From the human T2T-CHM13v2.0 reference genome, Homo sapiens, in assembly GCF_009914755.1 (NCBI RefSeq), contig NC_060930.1: a DNA stretch of 64,000 nt; one strand, written 5' to 3'. Below are positions 31,569 to 51,080 of this stretch, piece by piece. Position 1 is the first letter of the stretch. Every line of letters begins with the position of its first letter. A program made the position numbers and the translations under genes. The notes below the pieces were generated by a model. It was given only the letters and a program-made list of their open reading frames with translations, did no database searches and was not told where the DNA came from.

Positions 31569-31655
31569 ACGACAACAATCAAATTAATATATGTGATGTA
31601 TTAAAAATAAGTTTGAAAAGTGTGTATGAATGACAAAAGCTAGAAAAAAAATTAA

Positions 31656-32088
<433 letters not shown>

Positions 32089-32179
32089 AAAATACTCTTT
32101 TTAATGGTTTAATGAGAGTAGCCTAGAGTTTATTTTTAAATGGTAGAAATGTTGCTAAGAATAGGGTAGGTTTATATAC

Positions 32180-32345
32180 TTGCTATACAAACTGTGGTCC
32201 CTGGAGTCGCAGCATCAGCAACACTTGGGAATCCGTTAGAAATGCAGATTTTCAGGCCTCACCCAGACCTATGGAGTCAAAATCTGCCTTTTATTGAGGT
32301 GCCCAAGTGATTTGCAAGCACATTAAAGTTCAAGAAGCATTGGTC
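32180..32345. mobile_element. MER5-like (hAT-Charlie)
   Basis: gcagcatcagc...ttgggaatccgttagaaatgcagatt...caggcctcacccagacct...cattaaagttcaagaagc. Confidence 0.75.
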
Positions 32346-33770
32346 TATACAACCTTCAGTCTTTCAAAAGTGTGAAATTTATTTAAGCATTTAAGTATAC
32401 CTTTCCTACTTTGCTCTTCTTCTCCTTTGTAAAATGTATTGACAGTATGCTTCCTTTTGCTTTTAAGCCATTTAAGTGTCTAGAACTTTAATGATAATAA
32501 TGAAGAGGGCTGTTGTTTACAAAGAAAACAGTAAGAATAGGATGAACACCCTAGATTCCCATAATACATCCCCCATTCAGGGGTAGCGATGGACGAAGAC
32601 TCAAATTCACATGATAAGCTGCTCCATTTTGGCATGAACCAGTTTTTAACTCTAGCCAGTCAATTTCGTTTTTAAAACTTCTCCCAGGAGAAGAAAAAAA
32701 GTGATAGAAGAAGAAACCATACTTAGAAATGCAAACTATTCAAGGAAATCTTGACTTTCAGTCCTTGTAAATACTGAACAAAAGGCTTTATCTTTCACAA
32801 GTTGAAGAAATATTAACATGCTATGGGGGTGTCTTTCCTGCGACTGTTTTGCTGGCTCTGGGCCCGGCATGAATTTGGTAGTACTGGGCAAGGCCACAGC
32901 TGCATGCCGGCCTGCATTGCATCTCTATTTTTGCAGGCATTAAATAGCTTCTCCCATCTCCAACATGTGTTGCTGCACATGTGACCCAATGAATCAATCC
33001 CCTGTACAATGAAGCAACAATAATGGGTCTGGGGCAATTAGCACAGGGACAGCAGGTCTTCCTAGCAGACTCTTGCCCACGTTAATATTCGCAGCATATC
33101 CTGGGTGGGTGCTCCTGAGAATTCTGCTAATGCCCCATTACCATCCTCAGGGCTGGTAATTGCAAGGGTAGAGATCTGTTGCAGCTTCTGGGCAGCCGTT
33201 CCCTTCCTTCCCAAGATGAATGTTGTGAAGGGCAATGAGGGGGTTGTGAGTGCCTCCAAATAAAGGTCTTTTATAGCTCTTTAAAGCTGTAAGTCATTCA
33301 GTCATAGTTTCTTTCACCTGCTGGCTTGACAACTTTAAAAATTTACATTTCTGAACTTGTACTTTAACAGGCTTTCATCATAACTTCGGGAAAGAAGAAT
33401 TAGAATGGGGAAGATTTAGGTGCACAGATGGGGTCGAAATCAGGATAATATTGACTAAGCACCCTCCTGGGGCTCTCCTAACACAAACGATTACCCTGCC
33501 TCCTAGGATTTTATAGTTCAAATAGAATAGGTGAGCACTAAAACAATCAAATCTGTTATCCTGAAAGGCCAAATTGGCAAAGTAGTTCCTAGTGAAAATC
33601 ATGGAATATTAGCCCTCAAAGATATTTTAAAGCCCACCCCTCCTTTTTTGGTAATTGTCTGTGAAATGAGGATCTTACAGACCCTGCCTCATCACATGGC
33701 GGCGAGGACCAAATTAGACACCCTGGGAGCTTGCAATGGAAAAGTCTTTCATGTCTGCAAAGGAAAATAA

Positions 33771-34192
<422 letters not shown>

Positions 34193-34939
34193 TAGACTCA
34201 AAGGAGTCAAGTGGTAACAAGACAAGAGCTCCCTTAGAGGTGCTCACCCACCTGCATGCTAAACTGTATGAGGTAGCTTTCCTCTTGGGCTGTCAGTGCT
34301 AAAGATGTGTAATAATGCAGAATACCTGTACTCTGGACTCTCACTAGAGAATACAGCTTTGAACTCCCTGCTGTTCAATCCCTTAGCAAAATACTGATTT
34401 TTGAGAAATAATGTTTGTGAAGAATCGCCTGAAGGTTATGCAAATTCTCCACTCTGCTGGATATCCTAAAATTTACCTATGGATCAAACCTGATTGTCAG
34501 GGCACTGTGTATTTGGATCCCAGGTATTTGCCTCCTGGTAGTAGTAACTTGACTGAACTGTGCTTACATGAAGGGGTGTGCTATCAGACCCAACTGTAAG
34601 AAATGCATTATTATATTCAACACAAGGATTTTATGGAGAACCTGATCTGATGGATTGCTAGATTCCTCTTTATGAGGACTCACAGTGATAAATTTCCTTG
34701 GGGCTGCAGCTTCAGGAGAAACCTGGCTTCTACTAAACAACTTTTTAATCTTATGATTAAAGTATCAGCCTCTTCCCTCTTTGCTCTGGCCACTAGGAAA
34801 CTTGGGGCCAAATTTGTTTATCAAATGGATTCCATTGCTCTGTAACAATCTTGGTTTTAATGTTCTTACCCCCTTTTTCCCTTTGGCAATTTGTTTTATC
34901 TATGTAGTTGCCTACCTTTTGTAAATCGACTTGTTTTTA

Positions 34940-35086
34940 AAAATTAATTATCCCTAGCTACTTGGGAGGCTGAGGTGGGAGGATCATTTGAGCCCAGGAG
35001 TTTGAAGCTGCAGTGAGCTATGACTGCACCACTGCACACTACAGTCTGGGCAATAGAGCGAGACCCTGTCTCTTAAGAAAAAAAAA
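34940..35086 (+). mobile_element. Alu right monomer / FRAM
   Basis: Single monomer with A tail. Confidence 0.8.
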
Positions 35087-35958
35087 TCAATTTTGATTAC
35101 TTCATAAATTTCAGTTGAATTGAGTCTCTGACATCATTTTCCAGTGAAGCCTTGAATCAGTCTTTAAGCAAACTATTTTCATCAGCTGGACCTTGGAGAT
35201 GACACTCAACTATGATTTTTCAGAGGCATGTGTTAAGTCATGAATGCAAACCAATCACATTTTCAAGTCTCTGAAGTTGGCCGATTTTCATTTCAGAAGA
35301 CATATTTAGCTTTGTAAGATCTCTTAAATTTATAAACAGACATTGAAGGGTAAATAGGCACTTGATCTTTGATACATAGTTCTTGGACTCACCAACAAGC
35401 AAAACAATAATATCTCAGTCCGTTGAGCTGTATCATTTGGGTTTTGTGACAATTTGGACAAAGAGTGGTTGAAGTTTACTCTTTGCTCTCTGAGTATATT
35501 AAACAAAAGAGTTTAAATTGTAAGAAGGAATATCTGAATATTAAAGAGCTATTTCCCAACAGCTTTTATTCCTATTTGCATATTAAAATGCCATTAGATT
35601 ATCTTTATAATCTAGCACTGCTCTGATTGGTACTTTAATATGCCTATTACAGACCCTTCCTATTTGTTAAATTAATATTTGATTACTATAATTTCGAAGG
35701 AAATCCATTCTTGAATGTCATAAATATGTACTCTTGAATCATATCCTATAAATTAAAATATTTACTAATATGTGTGGTCTTGAAAATCATTCCAAATTCC
35801 TGAAATCACTCTGAAATGTAAGTAATACATGGTATGTGCCTTTTTGAAATATTTGGAAATGTGTCTGCTTACTTCTTTTTTGAAATGACCCCTTTCTTGA
35901 ATTCTGGAATATTGCATCCTCTTTCTTTTAGTTCTCTCTCTGATTAAGCCTTTGTCCT

Positions 35959-36319
<361 letters not shown>

Positions 36320-37510
36320 TAAACATTTCTTCCTCTTCACACCCCTAATTGTGTGATTCCCCAAATTCAGCATTTCTTCCTTCATGCTGACCTAGGATAA
36401 CTAAACCTTCTTAAAGTATCAACTATCATTCTTAACAGATGACTCTGGGACCTGAATATCACTTGAGTTCCAACTTCTTAGATTACCCACTGGATACTTC
36501 TACTGTCACCTCAAATTCATTGTGTCAACTATTAATCATTACTGTTCATTTCATGTTAGTGGCATCAAAAGACTTAGCAATAACAAGAAAACTTTTATCA
36601 ATTATATACTACATACTACAACGGCTGCTTTAAAAACAAATCTCACTTAATCCTCTGAACCATCTTATAGGTGAGTTTTACCACCTTCACTTTACCTATT
36701 AGGAAATTGGAAATAAGAGAGGTAAAGAAAGTATACTTGTCTCACAGCAAGTATACTGCAAAACTTGAACTCAAGTGTCATGTTAAGTGGTCTCCCAAAA
36801 ATTATATCTAAAATTAAATTATTTTTATTTTCTCTGTAACAAACTTTCTTCTTGTATGCCTATTTTTGCCTATGGTACCGTAATTCTCCTTCATATGGAA
36901 ACTTGAAATTGTGAAGGTTTTTCCCTCCTCCTTATTATTTCTCCTGTCAAATCCATCTGTAAGTCCTGTAATATTGCCTCGTCCTGATTTTCCTTTCTTC
37001 CTTCCTCTAGTTCACACACTTACCCATTAAGGTCTCCAATAAATCTCTGCCCTCTCTTTCTGCTTTTAGCTCCTTGCACATTCTCCTCCCCTGAATGGCC
37101 ACTGAACAACCTTTCAGAAGGCAGCAGTTGCCCTGTCCTCTAGTTGACCAGAAGCCTTCAGCTGATACAATGTCTTAAGGTCCTTTCCCTGACAGTCTAA
37201 GCTTTCCACATTTCGACTCCAACCTACTTTTCCAATAGCTGATAAAATTCACTCCACTCTTTTGCTCTCTTCACACTGCTTGGAATAGGCATTTTACTTT
37301 CTGCCTTCTAAACTTTGCTCACTCAGCCTTGCCTCTCAAAATAAATATCCTCCCACCTCTTTCCCTTAAAATGTCCAACTCAAGTCTCTGAGTTGGCTCT
37401 GTGGTTTTTACTTTCCTCTAAAGTTTACCTACTGTATTTATTATTTGTGTTACTCATTCAGCAGAAGCATATGTTGCCCTGTGTAGTAATTGTAGTAATT
37501 AAAATTATCG

Positions 37511-37511
37511 T

Positions 37512-37551
<40 letters not shown>
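37511..37551. repeat. (TG)n microsatellite
   Basis: Directly visible. Confidence 0.95.
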
Positions 37552-37553
<2 letters not shown>

Positions 37554-38691
37554 CTTGCCTCCTTGGTCAGATTTTAAAATTCCTAGAGGGCAAAATGAAT
37601 TACAACCATCTTCTACATCTCTCAGATGTTTGAAATGAGTTTACATGTAAATCATTCTACAAACAATATAGTATTCAAAGAAAGCAAATTACTTTGATAG
37701 AGGCAACAGGGTATAATAAAAAGAACATGGGTTTTGAAATTAAGAATATATGAATTCCAATCCAATCAGCTGTGTGAATTCAGTCAAGTTCAAATTTTTT
37801 AATAATATGGGTTACTTTTGTCACCTTATAGCTTATTGTGATGTTCATAGCTTATTACAAGAGAATTTAGGCCAATCCCTGCCATCCATGTATACTGAAA
37901 AGCAAAACTATTGTGGTTATTTGATGACTGAAGGGTATCACTGTCTTTTCAAGTCTTGTGTGAGCATAAGTGATTGGTATGAGTCACCATTGTACCTATA
38001 ACTGATTGACATGAATAAATATACAGAATATAAACTCCAACTATTTTTTAAAAGTTTGTTGGATATTTCTGTATTTAGAAATATAACTTTAGTGTTGAAA
38101 TAGTTGTCATCTAAACCAATGATGCCCAAACACAGGTCTGCAAGAAAATGAGAAAAACATTATTATAATGAGTTTTTTGGTTAAACTAAGTAATGCAATT
38201 GTTAGGATTATTCTGTATTTTGCAATTATGACTCTCCTACTTTTTGTGTGGGTTAACATTTCTTTGCTTTATAAAACAATGGTCATGATACATGGTAGAG
38301 GACAGTAGCTGTGGTTTTTGTTATTTCTATCATGGCTTTTCTTAACAAAACCAAGTTAGCAAACTGATGTTCATTTCCACAATAGCTTTGAAAATGTCAC
38401 AGATCCATATTACCTCAAATGCTTGGAAACCATAATCTAGCCCAAGCTCTTTGTTTTAGAGTTGAGAATTATTTGACTTACAGAAGTTAAATTATTTGTC
38501 CGAGATCATGTAACTTACTACTGCAGACCCAATATGAGAATTCAACTCTATTAACTCTCAATGCAGAATATGCCTCATTATTTAAGTGAAAAACTGTCTT
38601 TTCTACAAATGAAAAGAAAACTCTATTTTTCGTATAACTTTTGAAGAAAAGGCATTGTGTAAATTTTATTTGCTAAAAATAATTTTATTAA

Positions 38692-38826
38692 GCCAGGTGT
38701 GGTAGTTCATGCCTGTAATCCCAGCACTGTGGGAGGCCGAGGCAGGAGGATTACTTGAGCCTAGGAGTTGTAGACCAGCCTGGGCAACATAGTGAAACAT
38801 CATGTCAAATAAAAATAAGTAAATAA
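38692..38826 (+). mobile_element. FLAM
   Basis: Single left-type monomer. Confidence 0.8.
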
Positions 38827-38993
38827 ACTTATTAAAATCCTCCCAAAAGATGGCTTTATCACTAAATGAAAGAAACTGGATGATAAACTATACATCTGTA
38901 AAAATTTTTTAAAAACAAGTTTCCTAATTTGTTAATTTCATTTTTTTCTACTTATTTTCAAACAAAATTAACTTTTATTAAAAATATCTTTGT

Positions 38994-39678
<685 letters not shown>

Positions 39679-39902
39679 TCACAATTGACACTTTAACATA
39701 GTTCCTGCTACATATTTTTCGATGTATATTTTTGTACGGTTGAAACTATACTACATATTTCCTGATTCTTCATTTTACGTATTTATTTTAATTTCTTTAA
39801 AATATGTAATATATTTACATATTTTAAAGCTTGGAAAGAATAAACAGACATAGAGTGAAGAGGCTCTTTCTGATCTTTCTACCTCAATCACCCAGTTTTC
39901 TT

Positions 39903-40206
39903 TTTCTTTTTTTTTTTTTTTTTGAGATGGAGTCTCGTTCTGTCTCCCAGGCTGGAGTGCAGTGGCACGATCTCGGCTCACTGCAAACTCTGCCTCCCCG
40001 GGTTCACGCCATTCTCCTGCCTCAGCCTCCCGAGTAGCTGGGACTGCAGGTGCCTGCCACCACACCTGGCTAATTTTTTTGTATTTTTAGTAGAGATGGG
40101 GTTTCACCGTGTTACCCAGGATGGTCTCGATCTCCTGACCTTGTGATCCACGCGCCTCAGCCTCCCAAAGTGCTAGGATTACAGGCGTGAGCCACCGCGC
40201 CCGGCC
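39903..40206 (-). mobile_element. AluY-like
   Basis: ttcacgccattctcc diagnostic; TSD aatcacccagttttctt / aatcacacagttttctt. Confidence 0.9.
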
Positions 40207-40518
40207 AATCACACAGTTTTCTTCCTAACCAAAATTAATACAGTTGTTAAAAGTTTTCATATGTGTATCTTTCCAAAGAGACTTTGTGCATTTTATTCAG
40301 ATTCTTTACCTTAATATTAAAACAGATTCACTTTCCATCTTATTTAAAATCATATAAAATGTCAATTTTAAGGCCCACATAATATTTTACTATACAGATA
40401 TACCATAATTTGCTTAGTCCTGATTATCTATCAGACATTAAAATTGTTTCCAACTTTTGAGTTTTAGCAACTTTGTAGATCCTAGTGCTTAAATTAAAAG
40501 AGCCCATTGATCTTCTCA

Positions 40519-40966
<448 letters not shown>

Positions 40967-42294
40967 TTACCCCTATTCTCAAAAGCAAGTCTGTTGTTTT
41001 TTTCTGCTAAGGCTAGTCCATCAACCTGGGGTTGAAACAATCCTTTATCTCCATGAACTGACCTCAGTGAGTTACAGCCACATCCTCTTATACTTTGGAA
41101 AGAACATCCCTCAGCTCAGTGTTCCATAAATATTTATAGCAGGAATGCCCCAGTCCAAAGTGGATGGCATTTTGACCTCATCATTGTTGCTGACTCCCTG
41201 TATCCTGGGAGCTTAGAGGGTCGAAGCACTGTTGTTTAAGACACCCTTTGGAGCTCCCCCTTGAAAGCAAAGAGTAGTTATGCATTCAAACATACCCAAG
41301 GAATAGCACAGCAATACAAAAAAAAAAAAAAAATGATGACCCAAGTAGAAAGTATGCCCAAGAATAAATAAATGTTGATGCTGCTTTCAGAGGACTGTGA
41401 GAGTTGATGGGCTTTGTGCTGAATGCTAAAGACACTGGTTCATCATGGATTGGTCAGAAAAGAGTTTGCCTCATTTAGAGGAATATTCGTGGAGTTGGTG
41501 ATGAATAGAGAAAGGTGAGGAAGGCTTCCCGAAGCAGAGGAGAAGCCATGAATTTGTTGCCTAGAAAAAGGTCTATGTGAAATAGAGCTCTTCAGAGTGA
41601 GAAATCTGGACCTACGCTATGAGGAAATTGGCATAAAAGGACCAAGAGGAAGCCTGACAAGAAAGGAAAATACTTGGTTAAAACAATTGCAGTAGAAAGG
41701 GAGAAATCTGGGCTTAATATAGATAGAACTGTCAAAGATAAGAGTAACTGCCAGAAAACCAACAAACAAAACTAGATAAATCAGTGAGCCTTCTGGGATT
41801 TTTTTTTTTTTCTGGGATTCTCTCTCAACCAACCCAACTCCCAGCCGCATCCCAACCCCCGTAGATAAAGTCTATTGTCCTTGTCCTATTCCTTGTAGTG
41901 GAAATTTAGCATGTTCTCAATTTGATGCAAAGTGTTACGTAACTCCAGGATCCAGCCCACTCTTCTGACTATATTTCCAACTATGTTATAATATTACTCT
42001 AAGACTCTCTTTTATAGAAATGTTCAAAGTAACTGTGGCAAAATTGTTTTTGCTCCCAACTATTGTACACACTTCATAAAAACTATTTCTACAACCTGAG
42101 AGCCAGTTGAGATAAGCTCTTGGCGGCAGATAAAGACCAAGATTGAGCACTCTCCAGTTACATATGTGTTAAACAGATCTTTAAACATATCCTTTCAAAG
42201 CTGTATCTCGAGGGATAATTTAATATAGGAATATAAGGTACCATGAGAGGGTCAATCACAGAAATATTTTTGGTGAGAGTGACTTTCCCCATGA

Positions 42295-42586
42295 TTTTTT
42301 TTTCCCCAGACTGAGTCTTGCTCTGTCACCCAGGCTGGAGTGCAATGGCACAATCTCGGCTCGCTGCAAACTCCACCTCCCGGGTTCAATCTATTCTCCT
42401 GCCTCAGCCTCCTGAGTAGCTGAGATTACAGGCGTCCGCCACCACGCCCGGCTAATTTTTCTATTTTTAATAGAGACAGGGTTTCACCATGTTGGCCAGG
42501 CTGGTCTTGAACTCTTGACCTTGTGATCTGCCTGCCTCAGCCTCCCAAAGTGCTGGGATTACAGGCATGAGCCACCACGCCCGGCC
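42295..42586 (-). mobile_element. AluS
   Basis: Antisense Alu with actttcccca TSD. Confidence 0.9.
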
Positions 42587-44605
42587 CACTTTCCCCAGAA
42601 TTGTTAAAGGTGACTACTTATGTGGTAGTATTCAAATACCCAAAGACCACCTACTCTAATTAGCAAAATAAGCTGTATTTGTATTGGTCCCATTCTTTCA
42701 TTATTCTCAACCTGTTTCCTCTCTGTAAGATGGAAATAATATCTGTTTTATAGAATTGTCATAAAGGTTAAATCAGATTTCCAGTAATGGCAGACTAAAT
42801 AAGTGTGATTGAGCTTCCTGCTAAGGACAACTAAGAAAGCTGGGGGAAAAGCATTTTAAGAATCTGATTCAAAGCAGTAGAGAACTAATAAGATGTTTAA
42901 AAACACTGAGCTAGGGTGGGGAAGCTTGGAAGCCCATGGAGGTGAGCCCGGAGTTTCTGTATGTTTTTCCCCTGTGAGCAAGACCAGAAGGCGGAGAGAA
43001 CAACATGCTGAGTTATGATTTTGAAAGCCACAAAGATCTAAGGTGACAGGGATTGGTGCTCAGTTTCCATCAAGGGATGGGAGTCCTGGTGGATGAACTC
43101 TTCTCACACTGGATTAAAACTCTGAAGGACCTTAAGGAAAAGAGTAATTCAGAAGTAAGCACCCCTAGAGACTACAGCTTAGCTTTTAATTCTTTCAAGC
43201 CATGAAATTGATTTTAGGTGACATTTTAGTGTTTGAGCACTTAGGCAGCTGGCAGGAACAAACATATCCTCTCTGGAGAAATATAACATCATCTCAGACC
43301 TCAAATATATTTCTACATTTTGTAGATCCAATATCTGGCACATAATAAAAAATAATCAGACACACAAGGAGTAAAATAACATGAACTAATATCAATAGAT
43401 ACAGCAGACAATAGAAACAGACCTACAGAGGCTACAGGTGTTAGAGTTTGCACACTGACTTCAAACTAATGATCTTATTCAGGTCAAAGAGATTAAAAAA
43501 AAATCCAACAAGATTAAGAATTTCAACCAAGAACAACAACAACAAAAACTCAATAACAAATCAAAAGGATATTCCAGATTAAAGGGTACCAAAAAAAAAA
43601 AAAAAAAAAAAAAAAGGTTTAAGAGCAGATGAGACACAATTAAAGCAAGAATTTGTAAACCAAAAGATAGATCAGGAGAAAGTACCCAGAATGTAGTAGA
43701 AAAACAAAATAATAGAAAAATCAGAAATGATAATACAACGCATAGGACTGTAGTGAAAAGCTGTAACATACGTTCATTGGAAACTCAGAAGGGAAGAAGA
43801 GACTGAGGTAGCAGCAATAATAAGAGATAATGGCTGACAAAATTTTGCAAGCTGGTAAAATAATTCAAAGACTCTATAAATCCTAGGAAACCCAACCAGG
43901 ATAAATACACAAACGAATACCTAAACACATCATAGTAAAACTGCTGAAAACCCAAGACAAAGAGAAAATGGTAAAAATAGCAAGAGAAGAAAGATAGATT
44001 ACCTTCAAAGGAGCAAAAATATAGCAGATTTCTCAATGGAAACAATTGAAAGTAGGAGACTATAAAATATACTAAAAGCACTGAGCAAAAGTAAGAAAAT
44101 TGCCACTGAAATTCTATACCAGCTGATATAGCCTTCCATAAAAAGGTAAAATAAATAACTTTTTAGACAAACTAAAGCAAATATTAGATGTTTTTATAGC
44201 AGAAGGAAAATATCCAGCCTTGGAGATACAGTAAAAACAAAACAAAACAAAAAAACCAAAGGACAAAATAATGAGTTAAATATGTAGGTGACTCTAAATA
44301 AATATTGATTGCATAAGCCAATAATTATAATAATTTTTAGCAATTAAAATGAAGAATTAAAACACAAAGCAACAATAAGGATGGAATATAGAATTAGTGG
44401 TGTTGGAACATGGGTCAGTAGGACATGGAATAAATGGTGTAAAGTGTTCTAAGTTTCTTGTCCAGGAAAAAAATAAAAGTATTGGTATTACATTTAGTTA
44501 AGAAAAAGACACACTTAATATTTAGGGTTATTACTGTATATATTTTAAAGGAATATATGGCTTTCCAGGTAATAAGGAGAAAAATAATAGAATAATTTTT
44601 TTGTA

Positions 44606-44923
<318 letters not shown>

Positions 44924-45164
44924 TCAATCAGTCTGGAACAAATCAATGAAGGAAAGAAAAAGAAACAGAACAAGTAGGAAAAATAGAACATATTGAATAA
45001 TACCTAGAATTATACGTAGAATCAAAATTACACATACCAGTAATTACTTTAAATGTAAATGGACTAAATATCCCAATTAAAAGACAAAGATTATCAAACT
45101 GGATTAAAAAATAAAAGTGTTAATTGTAAGAGACATGTAAAACTTAAGAATCCAGAAAGTTTAA

Positions 45165-45531
<367 letters not shown>

Positions 45532-45986
45532 TCAGTTGTAGGTATCTTAATATCAAAGTAGACAATGTAAAAAGCATTATTGGTGTCTTTATAATGACAA
45601 AATGCTTCCTTCACCAGATAGATTATAACAATTTTAAACTTGTATGTACCTAGAAACATAGTTTAAAAATATGCAAAGCAAAAACTACACAGAAAGGCTT
45701 AGACAAATTCATAGTCATGTTGGGATATTTTAATGCACCTGTCCCAGTAACTAATAGAATATTTGAACAACATAAACAGTAAAATACAGCAAAATTAAAC
45801 ACACACACATATATATAATAGAGAGAAAACACTGCATAACAACTAAAAAATACATAGTCTTTTGAAGTACCACATAAAATATGTATAAAACTTAAGCAAT
45901 TTTGTGACATAAGTGTTAACAAATTTTAAAGGATTGAAATTCTACAGATTATATTCTTTCACTACAATGTTATTAAGCCAGAAATT

Positions 45987-46280
<294 letters not shown>

Positions 46281-46487
46281 ACAAATAAAAATAACTAGAA
46301 AATCCTTATTTTTTGAAATTTTAAAATATCTTTCTAATAACGTGGCTCAAAGAAGAAACCACAATGGAAATTATAACATATTTTCAACTAAATAATAATA
46401 AAAATACAAACTATTAAGACTTGTGGGATGCAGGGGAATTTATAGGTTTTAATTCATACATTTGAAAAGAAGACTGAAGATCAATGA

Positions 46488-46805
<318 letters not shown>

Positions 46806-47141
46806 TGAACAAAGTCATCTTAAGAAATTAGAAAATGAATAACAAATAAAACAAAGGAAATAATAATGATAGAAGTGTAATTAAATAGAGTAGACATACC
46901 ATACAAAGAACCAAAAAAGCTCAAAATTGGTATTTTCAGAAGACTAATAAATTAATATACCCATGGCAGGACTGATAAAGAACAAGGAGAGAAATGATAC
47001 GTATTTTCAATAATTAAAATGGGAATATTATTAGAGATCCTACAAATACTAAAATTTTATGAACAATTTTATGTTATTAACTTTGAAAATTTAGATGAAA
47101 TGGACAAATTGACACAGAAAGAAATAGAAATCCTGAATATT

Positions 47142-47454
<313 letters not shown>

Positions 47455-47666
47455 CTGAATATTTCTTTATTAAAGAATTTGAATCTATAATTTAAAGTCT
47501 TCCAGTAAGAATGCTCCAGACCCAGGTGGCTTTATAAGCAAATGCATACAGGTATCAAAAGAAGAAATAATGGCATTCATACACAAACTAAAAATTGGAA
47601 AAGAGGAAGTACATGACAACTTATTTTATGAGATCTCCATAACCTTGATATTAAAATCTGACAAGA

Positions 47667-47955
47667 GGCCGGGCACAGTGGCTCACACCTGTAATCCTAG
47701 CCTTTGGGAGGCTGAGGTTGGCAGATCATTTGAGTTCAGGAGCTCGAGACCAGCCTGGGCAATCTGGTGAAACCCTGTTCTCCACAAAAAAAAAGTTGGC
47801 CGGGCATGGTGGCGTTCACCGGTAGTCTCAGCTACTTGGGGGGAGCTGATGTGGGAAGATCACTTGAGCCCAGAAGGTTGAGGCTGCAGTACACAAGATC
47901 TTACCACTGTACTCCAGCCTGGGTGACAAAGTGAGACCCTGTCTAAAAAAAAAAT
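47667..47955 (+). mobile_element. AluJ-like in L1
   Basis: Diverged sense Alu. Confidence 0.85.
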
Positions 47956-48236
47956 TAACAAGAAAGAAAAATTTCAGGTGAATCTTCCTCATGAACATAG
48001 ATTCAAAATCCTAAACATATTATTAGCACACCAAATTTAGCCATTTATGAAAAGGATAATGCATAAAAACTTTATTTGGTTTATTCCAGAAAAAGAAATT
48101 TGGCTTAAAATTAAAAATAAATATGTCAATGCATTTACAAAATGAAGGAATAAAATCATTTGATCATTTCAGTAGATGACAAAATTCAATATTCATTCAT
48201 GATAAAAAAAAAAAAAGTTTAGAAAACTAGGATGGA

Positions 48237-48609
<373 letters not shown>

Positions 48610-49184
48610 CTACAAAATTCCTTCAGCAAATATCATCCCTAATGGTAAAAGCTTTCCCTCTGTAATAAAAATCAAGACCTGGTATCCACTTTACTCAATG
48701 TCATATTGGAGGTCCTAAGTGCAGTGTCCCTCACTTTATAGGCATGCTGCATATGCAGTTGGCATCAGCGAAGCAGGTCCACCAAAACTTTATTTTGAAA
48801 TGATTTGATATCTAAACAAAATGTAAAAACATCAAATTTAATGCAATATTGCAATAATTCCCTAACCACTCTCCTCCAACCACTTTCTCTTCATAGAGCC
48901 AAACTTTTAAAAAATATAAGTCAGATTATTGATGAAGAGACCCAGGACCTGGTCATGAGCTACCAGATTTGCCTGCCTCTCCATCCCATCTTATGTCTCC
49001 CTTCCTGTTGTCTGCATTCTGGCTTCACCAGCATTTTCAGAGTCTCAAAGGTGTCATGCAACTTCCACATCTAGGCCTTTGGAAAAAGCCCTTTCCTAAG
49101 CCTGGGACCATTTCCAATGCCCTCTTCACCTAATTCATCCTTTAGATTTTAGCTCGCTAGTTCAGGGACAACCTAATCACAAAT

Positions 49185-50290
49185 AGGGAATAGCCTCAGT
49201 CACAATAAACACATCTAACACCCAGAACTTGCTTTCTAATATGATTTTTCAACAAAGAGGAACCAAGGCTCCTTGGAGAAATGGTTGATTCTAGGACTGG
49301 AGCAGAAAATATACAAGATGAGCCTGCAGCATCTTACAATGCCAGAAAGTAAGGAAGTGATCAAAATATACACCGCCTCATGATGAGAGTATGTCAAAGA
49401 TGCACAGAAGTCAACTGAAAGAGCTCCCGGTGGCCAAAGCTAGAGAATCTGATCAAGGAAATAAATAATGCATTATGGATTATAATCCAGGGTATAAAAT
49501 AATCCATGAGTCTCAATTGATATAAAAAATGAATAAATTAATAAGTGGGGGAGAAGAGAGAAATCTCCTATGCAGAAGAATTGTAGATACTTTTTGTAGA
49601 CACTCTGCCCTCGAGGGGAAACATAATCCTCATTTCTTAAGTGTGGGCTGCTCAAAGTGACTCCCTTCCAAACACTACAGTATGGAAAGGGACAGGGGCT
49701 GGGAGTGGAGAACAGTAAGTTTTCAGTGCAGAAATCTGACAAGCACTGTATTTGCTAGGTGATCAAGGTCAACATCAGCAGTGAAGTCATGTTGATCGTA
49801 GGTATCCTTGATACAATGTGATGAGAATGGCATTTTACCTCTGTGGTCTTCCTCCCCCAAACACAAAAGCCCAGTCAAATCATATCATGAGACAAATATC
49901 AGACAAATTCCAGTTGAGGACATTCTGCAAACGTTTCACAAAATGTACTCTTCAAAACTGTCAAGGTCATCAAAAACAAGAAAAGCCTAAGAAACTGCCA
50001 TAGCCAAGAGAAGCGTAAGGAGACAGGAGAACTATTAATAGAGGTAATGCGGCGTCACAGATGGGATCCCGGGGCAGAAAAAAGAAAATTAGGTAAAAAC
50101 TAGGGAAATCTGAATAAAGCGTGTATTTTAGTTAATAATACTGTATCAATATTGGTTCACTAATTGTGCCATGTATACCTGACTAAATGTAATGGGGAAA
50201 ACTGGGTATGGGAACTCTCTACTATATATGCAATTTTTCTATAAATCTAAATCTGTTAAAATCTAAATCTGTATGAAAAACATCAACAAC
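49185..50290 (+). mobile_element. L1MC/L1MD-type 3' end fragment
   Basis: ggctccttggagaaatggttgattctagg and aaaactgtcaaggtcatcaaaaacaagaaaag motifs. Confidence 0.75.
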
Positions 50291-50708
50291 TAAATAACCT
50301 CTAAATAGTGAATAGAATATGGTATCCCTCCTACTTCTCATAAATTATTTAAAAGTCTGCCAAGTATTGGTCTGAATACGGAAATCATATTTTGCTTAAG
50401 CTGGGGAGTGGGTACATAGGCCTTGTTGTATTTTTCTTTATGCCTTTTTGCATATCTAGTATTTCATTTTTTAAAATGCTAAATGTAAAGCAATTGCGTA
50501 AAAGTCAAAATGTTGATCTCTCGCATGATGGCTACTTAGTTTTAAAATATCAAATTATTTGAAAATAATTTTTCAATGATTCTGCTTTGCTGGTACCCAA
50601 GCATGTCCAGTGTGCCCACGGGGTGCTGGGCACTGTCTCTGGGGAAGCAGCAAACCAGACTCATCTCTAGGTGGCCTGGGCTCAACAGCTTCCTGCCATT
50701 TTCTTTGA

Positions 50709-51080
<372 letters not shown>

